From a virus (Duplodnaviria; Caudoviricetes), in IMG/VR virus record IMGVR_UViG_3300032319_000377, positions 1-25,235 of that record: a stretch of 25,235 nucleotides of DNA. One strand, given 5' to 3'. Every line of letters begins with the position of its first letter. The first letter of the stretch is position 1. A model generated the notes under the pieces. The model saw only the letters and a list, made by a program, of their open reading frames with translations, was not told where the DNA came from and did not search any database. The translations under genes were made by a program, and so were the position numbers. This document shows positions 1-8,138 of this stretch, piece after piece.

Positions 1-123
1 GCCGAGCTGACCGCCGACGTGACCCCCGAGGTTGCCGATGCGCCCGCCGGGACCTTGCCGGTCGATACGTCCACGGCTAGTGACCACCGAATCAAAAACG
101 GCGCGATGGACAATGTCAGCACA
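1..123. repeat. Terminal direct repeat, left copy (circular-assembly overlap)
   Basis: 1-123 is identical to 25113-25235 (gccgagctgaccgcc...caatgtcagcaca). Confidence 0.98.
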
Positions 124-155
124 AGCGCAATCAGTCCGACAATTAGCAGCGGCAT
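1..155 (-). CDS. Two-TM small membrane protein, 5' part (spans the circular junction; 78 aa in total)
   Basis: ATG at 155 overlaps the upstream stop (TGATG). MPLLIVGLIALVLTLSIAPFLIRW... continues in frame into the 25031-25234 ORF. Confidence 0.8.
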   Translation of the reverse strand, partial: MPLLIVGLIALVLTLSIAPFLIRWSLAVDVSTGKVPAGASATSGVTSAVSS

Positions 156-385
156 CAAGCGCCACCCTGAAACATCAGATGTACCGTGTGACCGTCACGC
201 TCGATTGTCACCGAGAGCGCACTGGTGGCACCACGCAGCACCGATATCACCGCGTCAATGTACGACTCGGGGACCGTCGCAAACTCAAACGACAGACGGT
301 ACCGCCGTCCCGGTTCGATCAGTCCCGTGAAACTGTCCACCGGCGGCGTCTGCTTGCCGGACGCGATCTCCTGCCAGTCCGCCAC
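155..385 (-). CDS. Hypothetical protein (76 aa, MADWQEIASG...)
   Basis: GTG at 385 just after the upstream stop; its own stop overlaps the next ATG. Confidence 0.65.
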   Translation of the reverse strand: MADWQEIASGKQTPPVDSFTGLIEPGRRYRLSFEFATVPESYIDAVISVLRGATSALSVTIERDGHTVHLMFQGGA

Positions 386-386
386 G

Positions 387-629
387 TCACACCCCGTGTA
401 TCGGCAAGCCGACGTGCCACCGTCGCACCACGTGCGAGACGTGTACCGCGCCGGGGGCTTCCTGTGGCCGTCCTTCGTGCATGTCGCGCACATCCGCACC
501 GCGCACGTAGTGATCCTCGCGGAGCTGCGAGCCATAAAAGACTTCGCCAGTGTCCGGGTCCACCGCCTCCGCCTGTGGATGCGAAGCGAACAGTTCGCGT
601 ATCTGCTGCTGATTTAGCGGTTCGTTCAC
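387..629 (-). CDS. Hypothetical protein (80 aa)
   Basis: Start overlaps the stop of 629-1246 and tiles the operon. Confidence 0.65.
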   Translation of the reverse strand: MNEPLNQQQIRELFASHPQAEAVDPDTGEVFYGSQLREDHYVRGADVRDMHEGRPQEAPGAVHVSHVVRRWHVGLPIHGV

Positions 630-1246
630 TAGATAACCCCCTGTTGCTGCAGAACCGCATACCCCACCGGCCCCGCCGGTACCAACCTGCCTGCTTTGAA
701 ACCCTCGCGCAGCGCCTCAGTCATCGAAGACGGCACTTGTGGATACAACCCAGTAACTCCGGTAGGCGTGTCGCTTCGTACCCACTCCACCATATCCCCG
801 CTGACGTTTCCGCCCTGATTGGCAAAAGCTCGCTGCTGTCCCCAGGGAATATCAGTGACATTCGAAACATCGGCAGCAATGCCGAACCTGCCAAACTCGG
901 AAGGACTGGTGACGTAGTGAAACCGCCCGGTTTGGTCCTTGGCCCAGAGCTGCTCATTTAGGGTGCTGGTTGGCAAACGGACGCGAAACACCGTAAAGCT
1001 TGGCGCGTCAGTACGGCCTGCGTTCAGCAGACCCGGCACTATGACCGCGCCGGAACTTGATCCCGCGCCAGACTGCTGACCAGCCGAAGACGAACCCGAC
1101 GCCGGAGGCTGAGTATTGGTGCCACCAGACGGCACTGTCTTCGGCGCTAGCAGTGTGCCCAAACGACTGCGTAAATCCGGACTGAGCGCAATCAGCGCTG
1201 CTGCGCCAAGTCCTAGGTACAAAAGAGTGCTATCGTCGCGCGCCAT
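629..1246 (-). CDS. N-terminally membrane-anchored virion protein
   Basis: TM helix LLYLGLGAAALIAL, Gly/Ser/Pro linker, then a globular domain; operon tiling. Confidence 0.75.
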   Translation of the reverse strand: MARDDSTLLYLGLGAAALIALSPDLRSRLGTLLAPKTVPSGGTNTQPPASGSSSAGQQSGAGSSSGAVIVPGLLNAGRTDAPSFTVFRVRLPTSTLNEQLWAKDQTGRFHYVTSPSEFGRFGIAADVSNVTDIPWGQQRAFANQGGNVSGDMVEWVRSDTPTGVTGLYPQVPSSMTEALREGFKAGRLVPAGPVGYAVLQQQGVI

Positions 1247-1248
1247 AG

Positions 1249-1806
1249 TCAGTCTCCCAACAGTATCACGGCACCGAGTGCCAACGCGGTAAGGGTGAAC
1301 GCCGCCGCCCGTCGCTCGGTCGGGTCAGGTGAATTAAGCTTGTTTACTCCGGCGACAATCGCCGCGACGGCGGTCGGTTTCGACGCTTCCGGCGTCGCCG
1401 ACTCGGACGGCGAAGTACTGGCACGCAGTCGCGAGGCAACCGCCAGAACCTTGTCAACGTAGGCCGGAGTCTCGCCGTTATCCGGCACCTGATTGCCCAC
1501 GCTGTGTACCGCGCCCGGTCCCGCGTTGTAGGCGGCCAGTGCAAGCCGCTCGCTTCCGAACTCGCGCAAGTGCGAGGCAAGCAACCTTGATGCGTAGGTA
1601 AGAGACGCTTCGGGGTCCCGCGCGTCTACGTCAGGATGCCACCTCGGAACGATCTGCGCGATTCCCACTGCACCCTTCGCGCTCACCAAGTCAGGATCGT
1701 AGCCGCTCTCGACCTGCAAAAGCGCGTCGAAAAGGTCGGCATCGACACCCGCCGCAGTCGCGTTAGCGCGTGCAATCGGTCGCCACCGCGCAGGATCGGC
1801 ACTCAC
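1249..1806 (-). CDS. Lytic transglycosylase (SLT/GH23) with C-terminal membrane anchor; putative entry enzyme
   Basis: Motifs QVESG (catalytic Glu), SAKGAVGIAQIVP, ALAAYNAGPG, ETPAYVDKV; C-terminal FTLTALALGAVILLGD. Architecture comparable to PRD1 P7. Confidence 0.93.
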   Translation of the reverse strand: MSADPARWRPIARANATAAGVDADLFDALLQVESGYDPDLVSAKGAVGIAQIVPRWHPDVDARDPEASLTYASRLLASHLREFGSERLALAAYNAGPGAVHSVGNQVPDNGETPAYVDKVLAVASRLRASTSPSESATPEASKPTAVAAIVAGVNKLNSPDPTERRAAAFTLTALALGAVILLGD

Positions 1807-2105
1807 GGTACCGCAACCTCAGGCTCCACCGGCGGTGCCGTCCACACACCGTCGATCAGTGACCACCCAGGCGGGACGAACTCGTCCCGGACCGCGTCAT
1901 AGGCGTAGCCGGGTCCGGCGTATCGTGCGCGGATGCGCCCGTTGTAACTGGTCTGCACCCACGTGCCACCGAGTAGGTCGGTCAAAAACACCTTCCCCAA
2001 CGCCTCATCCTCAGTGCCTTCCGGCGTCGCATGCGTGACTTCGTTGGCGACCACGAGGACGCGGATGACGGTGTTGGTTGCGTCGATTTCAGCGTAATGT
2101 GCCAT
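1803..2105 (-). CDS. Small spike/fibre-associated protein
   Basis: MAHYAEID...WVQTSYNG...YAGPGYAYD pattern, recalled from proteins encoded beside glycine-rich fibre genes in aquatic phages; coupled to 2105-3118. Confidence 0.75.
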   Translation of the reverse strand: MAHYAEIDATNTVIRVLVVANEVTHATPEGTEDEALGKVFLTDLLGGTWVQTSYNGRIRARYAGPGYAYDAVRDEFVPPGWSLIDGVWTAPPVEPEVAVP

Positions 2106-3118
2106 TAGACTGCCACCCTAATGATGACCGTACCGGAACCGCCTGCTGTAGACCCGCCGTACCCATAACCACCACCACCAGTGTTTGCGTCGCCAAGCGT
2201 GCTGTTTGCCTGACCGCCTCCGCCCTTGCCGGGACTGGTCGTCTTGCTGCCATTCCACCCATTGACGCCAGTACACCCGCCACCGCCACCGAGATACATT
2301 GTCACGCCCGTCAGCGTGTTCGTTGCGCCATTGCCAGATGCTGCAAGCGCACCCGCACCACCGGCACCACCCGCGCCACCACCCAAGGAGTCCGAGCCAC
2401 TGGTATGACCACTTGCGCCACTAAACCCTTGGCCCGCCGTGCCCGAGCCACTTGAGCCACCCGCGCCACCCACCGAAGCACTACCTGCCCCGCCACCGAC
2501 TAACGACAATTGCGCGGTCATTGCAGTGGCGGTTACTACCGTGGAAGATACTGACAAGTTGTACGTGCCAATTCCGCCGGTTCCAGTCCCAAACGATGTT
2601 ATCCGTGTCAATGCGCCTACGCCGCTTCCAACAATTAGTTGACCGATTACAAACGTCCCTGATGAAACAGCCGTCACCGTAAGAACCGTCGTTGCTATTG
2701 TTGCGGTAAATGCCACCAAAGTGACATCCCATGTTGTATTTGATCCGGCCGTAGCACTTGCCCCACCACCGCCAATGGTGATAGTGGTTGCAGTTGTGCC
2801 AATGGATAAACTCGTTCCGGCCATGTATCCACCACCACCGCCACCGGCCACCGATCCTCCTCCTCCTCCTGCAAGCACACACCAATCGGCCGTCACCGTG
2901 CCGCTCCGAGCGGCAACGGTTCCGGTACCGATAAACCGATACACCGCATACCGGGTAGAGGTGGAGGCATCAATGTATGTACTGACCACACATGCGCCCG
3001 TACCCGTAACGGCCAATGGGTCGAGGCTACCCGGTTGCGTCCCGGTCTGCACCGACGCACCCAACGCACGCGCCTTGTACCCACCAAGGTTCGCGTGATT
3101 TGCCGTCACCACACTCAC
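2105..3118 (-). CDS. Glycine-rich spike / receptor-binding protein
   Basis: [21 protein letters not shown] and terminal GGSGTVIIR motifs of the phage glycine-rich domain, with an internal Thr-rich beta insert. Confidence 0.8.
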   Translation of the reverse strand: MSVVTANHANLGGYKARALGASVQTGTQPGSLDPLAVTGTGACVVSTYIDASTSTRYAVYRFIGTGTVAARSGTVTADWCVLAGGGGGSVAGGGGGGYMAGTSLSIGTTATTITIGGGGASATAGSNTTWDVTLVAFTATIATTVLTVTAVSSGTFVIGQLIVGSGVGALTRITSFGTGTGGIGTYNLSVSSTVVTATAMTAQLSLVGGGAGSASVGGAGGSSGSGTAGQGFSGASGHTSGSDSLGGGAGGAGGAGALAASGNGATNTLTGVTMYLGGGGGCTGVNGWNGSKTTSPGKGGGGQANSTLGDANTGGGGYGYGGSTAGGSGTVIIRVAV

Positions 3119-3441
3119 GGCCCGGTCACCCCATACGCCGTCACGTTGACCGCCGCGTTCGAGACCGTGACCACCAGGTACCGATTGGTTGGGTCGAGAC
3201 TGACTCCTTGGCCCAAAAAGACCGAGTCGTTCCCGGCAATGGTCGCGGCGGACGTCACGTAGGCCCCATGCACGGCACTGCTCGCGCTCGTGGAAATCGT
3301 GTACGTGTACGCCGTCGCGCTTGTGTTGCAGACGGTGATATTCGACAGCACCGTATAGGTGCCCGCCGTCGCACCGTTGTCAAACAGGTTTGCCGCACTT
3401 GTTGACGTGGAGGTACCGAGACGCTTAATGACTTCGGCCAT
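3115..3441 (-). CDS. Small beta-sandwich spike/vertex protein
   Basis: All-beta Thr/Ser/Val-rich pattern (ITVCN...A, ND..., TAYG); stop overlaps the next GTG. Confidence 0.7.
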   Translation of the reverse strand: MAEVIKRLGTSTSTSAANLFDNGATAGTYTVLSNITVCNTSATAYTYTISTSASSAVHGAYVTSAATIAGNDSVFLGQGVSLDPTNRYLVVTVSNAAVNVTAYGVTGP

Positions 3442-3444
3442 TGA

Positions 3445-3957
3445 TCAGGCTCCCAAAAACAGAAACGTGCGCGTGTACCCCGCGGCAGACGCGGTACTAG
3501 AGACAGTCACCGCTCCGGTCGCCCCGGAGATCGAAATATTGGTACCTGCCACGAGCGACGTGACGCCCGCGTTCGTGACGGTCACCGCTCCGGTCGCCCC
3601 GGAAACGCTGATACCGGTTCCCGCGGTCAGGCTGGACACCGTCGCAGGCCCGGACCCGGACGACTGATCGTAGGTGCTATTCCCTGTGCCGGTTGCACTC
3701 GCGAGACTGCCCGCGCCGGTGAACAGCGCCCCGGTATTGATCCAGACCATGACGTAGGACAGGCCAGTCCACGAAACGGTGGAGTCTAGGCGATACGTGC
3801 CGGACGGCACGACGACGGTCCCGCCGCCCGCCTGTGACGCCGCCACCATCGCTGCCACGAATGCGGGCGCGTCGTTGACGTTCCCGCTGCCGGTCGCGCC
3901 GTAGTCCCTGACATTCAGCCAGCTCGGGACATAAGTCGTGATTGATGGTTGGGCCAT
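3445..3957 (-). CDS. Fibre protein with truncated pectate-lyase-3-type N-terminus and two shaft repeats
   Basis: ATG at 3957 (TAATG overlap); NVRDYGATGSGNVND...GGGTVVVPSGTY; two copies of VxSLxAGTxISxSGATGAVTV. Confidence 0.75.
   Translation of the reverse strand: MAQPSITTYVPSWLNVRDYGATGSGNVNDAPAFVAAMVAASQAGGGTVVVPSGTYRLDSTVSWTGLSYVMVWINTGALFTGAGSLASATGTGNSTYDQSSGSGPATVSSLTAGTGISVSGATGAVTVTNAGVTSLVAGTNISISGATGAVTVSSTASAAGYTRTFLFLGA
3506..3603. repeat. Intragenic direct repeat (23 bp identical, 75-bp period)
   Basis: gtcaccgctccggtcgccccgga at 3506-3528 and 3581-3603. Confidence 0.9.
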
Positions 3958-4862
3958 TACGTGATCTCCGCCACGCGCCAATTGCCGGTACCGGACGCAC
4001 CAAGATATGCCGTGATTATCCCGGTATACCCGAAGGGTACCTCCCAATATCCGCCCGCGTTGGTAGCCACGGCTGCAAGCACGCGCGTGAAGTCGGTCGT
4101 TGTCGCGCCGGACCCGAGCTTCACGTGCACGTGTGCGGTCGCGTCGTTGTAAATCGTTGCGCCCTTGCGTGCTGTGTTCGCCGCGAGGATCGTGGTAGTG
4201 GCCTGAGCGACCGCGGTAACCGTGTGGGTACTCGTGCCATTCGCGGAGTAGACGGCCAGTGCGTTCTGGTTGCTTGCGATGACGACGGGGACGCTGTTGC
4301 TCGCCGTTGTCGATCCGAGTGCAATCGCGGACGAGCCGACCTGCGCGAGGTTCATGGGCACGTTGCCCTGGTTCGAGGCAATCGCGACGGGGAGGCTTGA
4401 AGCCATTACGGTCTGGCCCAGATTGATCGTCGACCCGTTGACTTGCGCGAGGTTCTGGTTCGCCGAGACCGTGTTCGAAAACGTGTTGGTACCACCGGCG
4501 ACATATGGCGTGACATAGACCTGCACGCCCTGCCCGGTGGCAAACGTGCCCGAGACGTTCGCGACGCGCACCCGCACATACGCGCTACCGACGAGGACGT
4601 TGTACGCCTTGTTTGCCGTGACGCCGGCCGTGCTTGCGTTCGGATCGCTCAACGTGATGAACACGCCGGACGCGCTGTTGCTACCTTCGAGTATCAGATC
4701 AAAACTTGCGGACGACGCCAGAAGGTACGCCTCCACGTGAACAGCGTTGTACCCGGAAACATTGACGATGGTCGTCGACGTACTCGCCTGCGATACCGGA
4801 ATCTGGAACGCCTGTACTGGTTCGCCCTTGTACGACAACCCGAGCGGTTGTGGTGTGACCAT
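3957..4862 (-). CDS. Putative penton/vertex-spike protein (two beta domains joined by repeats)
   Basis: AGGAGG upstream of the ATG at 4862; lies directly after the MCP; beta-rich; two NLAQV...PVxIASNQ repeats. Confidence 0.7.
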   Translation of the reverse strand: MVTPQPLGLSYKGEPVQAFQIPVSQASTSTTIVNVSGYNAVHVEAYLLASSASFDLILEGSNSASGVFITLSDPNASTAGVTANKAYNVLVGSAYVRVRVANVSGTFATGQGVQVYVTPYVAGGTNTFSNTVSANQNLAQVNGSTINLGQTVMASSLPVAIASNQGNVPMNLAQVGSSAIALGSTTASNSVPVVIASNQNALAVYSANGTSTHTVTAVAQATTTILAANTARKGATIYNDATAHVHVKLGSGATTTDFTRVLAAVATNAGGYWEVPFGYTGIITAYLGASGTGNWRVAEIT

Positions 4863-4890
4863 GCGGCGCACCTCCTAACAATTGCAACCA

Positions 4891-4925
4891 ATCGCCCGCG
4901 TGGCGGGAGGCTCCACGCGGGCGAT
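4891..4925 (-). terminator. Strong stem-loop downstream of the MCP gene (attenuator or mRNA stabiliser)
   Basis: Perfect 13-bp stem atcgcccgcgtgg / ccacgcgggcgat with a 9-nt loop; only a weak U-tract follows. Confidence 0.65.
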
Positions 4926-4947
4926 GGTGCTGGGGGAAGGATACGTC

Positions 4948-6054
4948 CTAGCGACCCGCATTCGCAGGGTGGCTCAGGTTGTAGTCATACCGGCGGTAGA
5001 AAAAATTCAGCGCAGCATTTGAGGTTGTCTGGATGCCATATTGCACCTGAACCGCACCGGTACCGACGCGCCGCAGGTCAAGACCGTAGAGCGGATCGCC
5101 CCGCACCGCGTATTGGGATACGTCCAAGTGGATCAACCCAGGGTCGCTCTGCGTCCCGACCGTGAAGGAACCAATCGACGCCGGATCGTCAACAAGCGGG
5201 AAGGAATCGCCCTGCTGGGTCGCAATCTCCGCGCTGATCGAGTCGGTGGCAAGTGAACCCTGCCCGTATTCGATCACGGTATTCGACCCGAGAACGTCCT
5301 GCAAGCGGATTGAGTTCAGGACGGTGGATGAGCGTGGTGCGTTCGAACCGGCGGTAGTCATTGCAGTGATTGAGTGCAGCAGGCTGCCGACCGGAATGTT
5401 CTCGAACGTGCCAAAAGCACCACTGGTGCCGGAAAGCGCAGGCTGCGTTTGCAGCCACGTTGGAAGTGCGCGTGGCAGGTACGCCTCGAGCGGATCGCCA
5501 GCCTCGGGAAGCACGAGGTCGAGGTACACGTCAACCGTTGCCGCGTTCAGGGTCGCCCCTGAACCCATCGCCGTTGACGTGGCGAAGTTGCCTGTAAGAG
5601 TCAGGTTGCCGCCGGTGGAAGGCGGAATCCCCGCGGATAGGTCCCAGCGGTTTTCGTCCAGTCGACCACTTGCGCCGTTGAACACCAATGGAGCAACGCC
5701 GAAGTGAACATAATAGGCAAAGATCGCGCCATATACCGCCGTCTGCGAGCTGGCGGTTGGTGCCGGCCGCTTCGGCGAGAGCCACTGCAGGAAATGGCGG
5801 TTGTGGTAGAAGAAGGTCCGCATATCGAGCGCTTGGAAGTAGGTATGTCCTGCCCCGCTGAGCGTCAACGAAGAGATCAGCCGGTCCCAGAAGTCGTTAT
5901 AGGCGCCGGTCGTTGTGGTCGTGATCGAGCTGGGACGCACAACAATCCACATGCCAGTGATTGTCTGGGGCTTGTTGGACAGGTCGAGGGAAAAGGAGCC
6001 ACCGGAAGACCACGTGATGGAAACCGGGTGTCTGAGTGTTTGTCGCTTAGCCAC
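4948..6054 (-). CDS. Major capsid protein, double jelly-roll (STIV B345-like)
   Basis: 368 aa, beta-rich. TWSSGGSFSLDL, RLISSLTLSGAG, IPVGSLLHSI, SAEIATQ and LIHLDVSQY...LDLRR parallel recalled STIV MCP segments. Strong AAGGAG RBS, followed by a hairpin and vertex genes. Confidence 0.85.
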   Translation of the reverse strand: MAKRQTLRHPVSITWSSGGSFSLDLSNKPQTITGMWIVVRPSSITTTTTGAYNDFWDRLISSLTLSGAGHTYFQALDMRTFFYHNRHFLQWLSPKRPAPTASSQTAVYGAIFAYYVHFGVAPLVFNGASGRLDENRWDLSAGIPPSTGGNLTLTGNFATSTAMGSGATLNAATVDVYLDLVLPEAGDPLEAYLPRALPTWLQTQPALSGTSGAFGTFENIPVGSLLHSITAMTTAGSNAPRSSTVLNSIRLQDVLGSNTVIEYGQGSLATDSISAEIATQQGDSFPLVDDPASIGSFTVGTQSDPGLIHLDVSQYAVRGDPLYGLDLRRVGTGAVQVQYGIQTTSNAALNFFYRRYDYNLSHPANAGR

Positions 6055-6066
6055 GTATGAAACTCC

Positions 6067-6603
6067 TTAGAAACCCATCGTTCCGACGCCGGTAAGCGCC
6101 GAGGTTGACATGACCGCCTGCGCGGTCGTGCCCGAGCTAATGCCGGTCAGGTTCTGGTATCCGCCCTGATTGCCGGTTGCTGGCAGCATCGCTGCGCCCA
6201 TCTTCGGCAGCGCCTTCGCCGCACCGCTCACCGCACTCGTGACGCCGCTGCTGAAGCTCGGCTGCCCTTGCAACAGGTTGACCTGACCAACCAAGCTCGC
6301 GATCACGTCGCTTGCAGCGATTGCCGTCGCACCGAGTGCCACGTCGTCCTTGTGTTGCGAGCTGATCGGGAGCATCGGGCCAATAAATCCGGCGATGGCC
6401 GCGGCGGCGATGGTTTCCATTGCGCCGGTGCTGAGACCGGGCCGGACGCCGTCGACCATTGCGGCAACGCCGGGCAGGAAGCTGGTCAGGATCGCCCCGA
6501 CGTTCTTCGCTAGATAGACGCCTGACGCCGCGGCAACGCCACGCCCCACGTCAAGGCCCAGGACCTCTGGATTGTGGCCGTAGCGGCCGTAGTACCGTGC
6601 CAT
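6067..6603 (-). CDS. Membrane protein immediately upstream of the MCP (putative major internal-membrane protein)
   Basis: GGAGG RBS; several Ala/Gly-rich hydrophobic helices; N-terminal RYYGRYGHNP. Confidence 0.8.
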   Translation of the reverse strand: MARYYGRYGHNPEVLGLDVGRGVAAASGVYLAKNVGAILTSFLPGVAAMVDGVRPGLSTGAMETIAAAAIAGFIGPMLPISSQHKDDVALGATAIAASDVIASLVGQVNLLQGQPSFSSGVTSAVSGAAKALPKMGAAMLPATGNQGGYQNLTGISSGTTAQAVMSTSALTGVGTMGF

Positions 6604-6614
6604 TCAAACGCCTC

Positions 6615-6696
6615 CATTGAGTGCAGGCCTAATGCCTGCGCCCAATGTACGGTCAATTGACGGCTACGTGACAGCGTCAGTGACGCACCGTCACGG
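6615..6696 (-). promoter_or_regulatory. Structured leader of the membrane-protein/MCP genes
   Basis: 14-bp imperfect hairpin 6615-6647 abutting the RBS; palindromes gtcaattgac (6652-6661) and gcgtca-g-tgacgc (6674-6686) nested in cgtgac...gtcacg. Confidence 0.5.
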
Positions 6697-6705
6697 TACG
6701 ACGGA

Positions 6706-7518
6706 TTAACGCGCGATCTGGTTCGCGCCGTTGTCCATGAGCGCCTTGAGCGCCCGTAGCAGGGTATCGAGGTAGCCGGGCCGGTCGAGCAGCTGCGAGA
6801 CATCATGGCCATGGGTCGGGTCCTGCCGGTACCGGTTGGCAACCAGACGCACCAGTGATACCGGCGTTCGCACCGCCTGCGTGACAACGTTCAGCAGCTC
6901 CGTATTCCCGTTCACTGCCTGCGCGCGCGCCAATTCGTAGACGGCACTGGCGGCCTGCTCGGCGGGCCGATCAACAAACGCCACCACGGAAGCAATCAGG
7001 TTCGTTGCCAAGGTCTCATCCTCCGTACTGGGTGAGGGTTCGGCGCCGGGCCGCACGGGGCCGGGTGCCTGGGCGCTTGGTGCCGGAAGGCTCCCGGCGA
7101 TCAAGTTTGCGACCAGCGGCGCGAGTGATGGTGCGACCGCTTCCGCAAAACGCACCCCGGCGGCGCTGTTTAGGAGACGCTCCCATCCGGGCGCGTCCGG
7201 TGCAGGTGCAGCCGGTTCGCTGTCGCGTCGGCCACCGCGCAGACTGTCGGCAAGGTCGAGTGCCTCTTCCACCGTCTCCCGGACCGAGGCTATCGGGGAT
7301 TGTGGCGAGTGACCGTCCGGTTTCTTGCGTCCGCGCGCCTTGATCATCCGAACGCGGGCGCGGGCCTCCTCAAGCGCGATCCGCTCTTGCAGATCGGCAA
7401 GCTGCTGCTGGCGTGACGACCGACGCTCGGCGCGTGTTAGGCCGCGCGGTTTCCGTACCGCGGGTTTGTCTTCCTCGGCGGTTGCCGGTTCGCCAAACAG
7501 AAACTCTCGCCAACCCAC
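6706..7518 (-). CDS. Hypothetical helical/coiled-coil protein, first gene of the structural block
   Basis: GGAGG plus GTG at 7518; QQLADLQERIALEEARAR coiled coil. Confidence 0.75.
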   Translation of the reverse strand: MGWREFLFGEPATAEEDKPAVRKPRGLTRAERRSSRQQQLADLQERIALEEARARVRMIKARGRKKPDGHSPQSPIASVRETVEEALDLADSLRGGRRDSEPAAPAPDAPGWERLLNSAAGVRFAEAVAPSLAPLVANLIAGSLPAPSAQAPGPVRPGAEPSPSTEDETLATNLIASVVAFVDRPAEQAASAVYELARAQAVNGNTELLNVVTQAVRTPVSLVRLVANRYRQDPTHGHDVSQLLDRPGYLDTLLRALKALMDNGANQIAR

Positions 7519-7676
7519 GTTTCCTCCACGCGTGCGCGTAGGGATGCCGTTTCTTCGCCCGTACACCGCACGCCAACGTCATTGTACGTGACTTTTGGAC
7601 GGTCGTACACGCCGTTTGGCACCCTTTCGCGTCTGCGCAGGTGCAAACCGTGCCCGGCGTGACCGTCGGCACTGCG

Positions 7677-7994
7677 TTAGCAGTCCAAGGACACAAGCTC
7701 CCGAACCGCTGACCGCAAATGAGACAGTGCGACAGGCTCTGTCGTCGCCGTCCAATCCTCAAAGCACTGCGTTTTGGGATCGTACACCAGCGTAATCCAG
7801 ACTTGCGTCTGCCTGAAGCCTTTGCCTCCAGTTGCGACACGACGCGTCTGCCGTATCACCCACCAGCGCACGCGATCCGTGCAGCCGTCCCGTCGACCGG
7901 AGCCGTGCCGGATCACCAGGCAGTCGCGGTCAAACGCAAAACCGGCCACCGTCGCACGGTAGATGCGCCCGGCTTCCAACTCCGAGTCGTCCAT
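7677..7994 (-). CDS. Hypothetical protein (105 aa)
   Basis: ATG with GGAGG upstream; same strand as its neighbours. Confidence 0.6.
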   Translation of the reverse strand: MDDSELEAGRIYRATVAGFAFDRDCLVIRHGSGRRDGCTDRVRWWVIRQTRRVATGGKGFRQTQVWITLVYDPKTQCFEDWTATTEPVALSHLRSAVRELVSLDC

Positions 7995-8017
7995 TCCAGC
8001 GAGCCTCCGTGGTGCAG

Positions 8018-8134
8018 TTGTGGGTGGCGGGGTGGCACATAAACGGGCAAAAACGCATAAGTTTTGGAAAATCGAATCTCACGTAAGGGACTTTTGCGAA
8101 AATCGCGCCACCTGCGCCACCCCGCCACCCACAA
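8018..8134. other. Putative origin of replication
   Basis: Perfect 19-bp inverted repeat (8018-8036 / 8116-8134) built from GGTGGC units, enclosing an AT-rich 79-bp core, directly after the primase-helicase stop. Confidence 0.75.
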
Positions 8135-8138
8135 GCGG

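Noticed and set aside
1-123. Terminal repeat as a biological LTR or att duplication
   Set aside because: It falls mid-gene and is an exact overlap, typical of assembly of a circular or permuted molecule.
32-961. Long plus-strand ORFs here and elsewhere (e.g. 4443-5165, 10920-11660, 12107-12874, 19294-19977, 23018-23761)
   Set aside because: Antisense shadows of coupled minus-strand genes in high-GC DNA, with no motifs or RBS.
2105-3118. Diversity-generating retroelement target or invertible fibre cassette
   Set aside because: No reverse transcriptase, template/variable repeat pair or flanking inverted sites seen.
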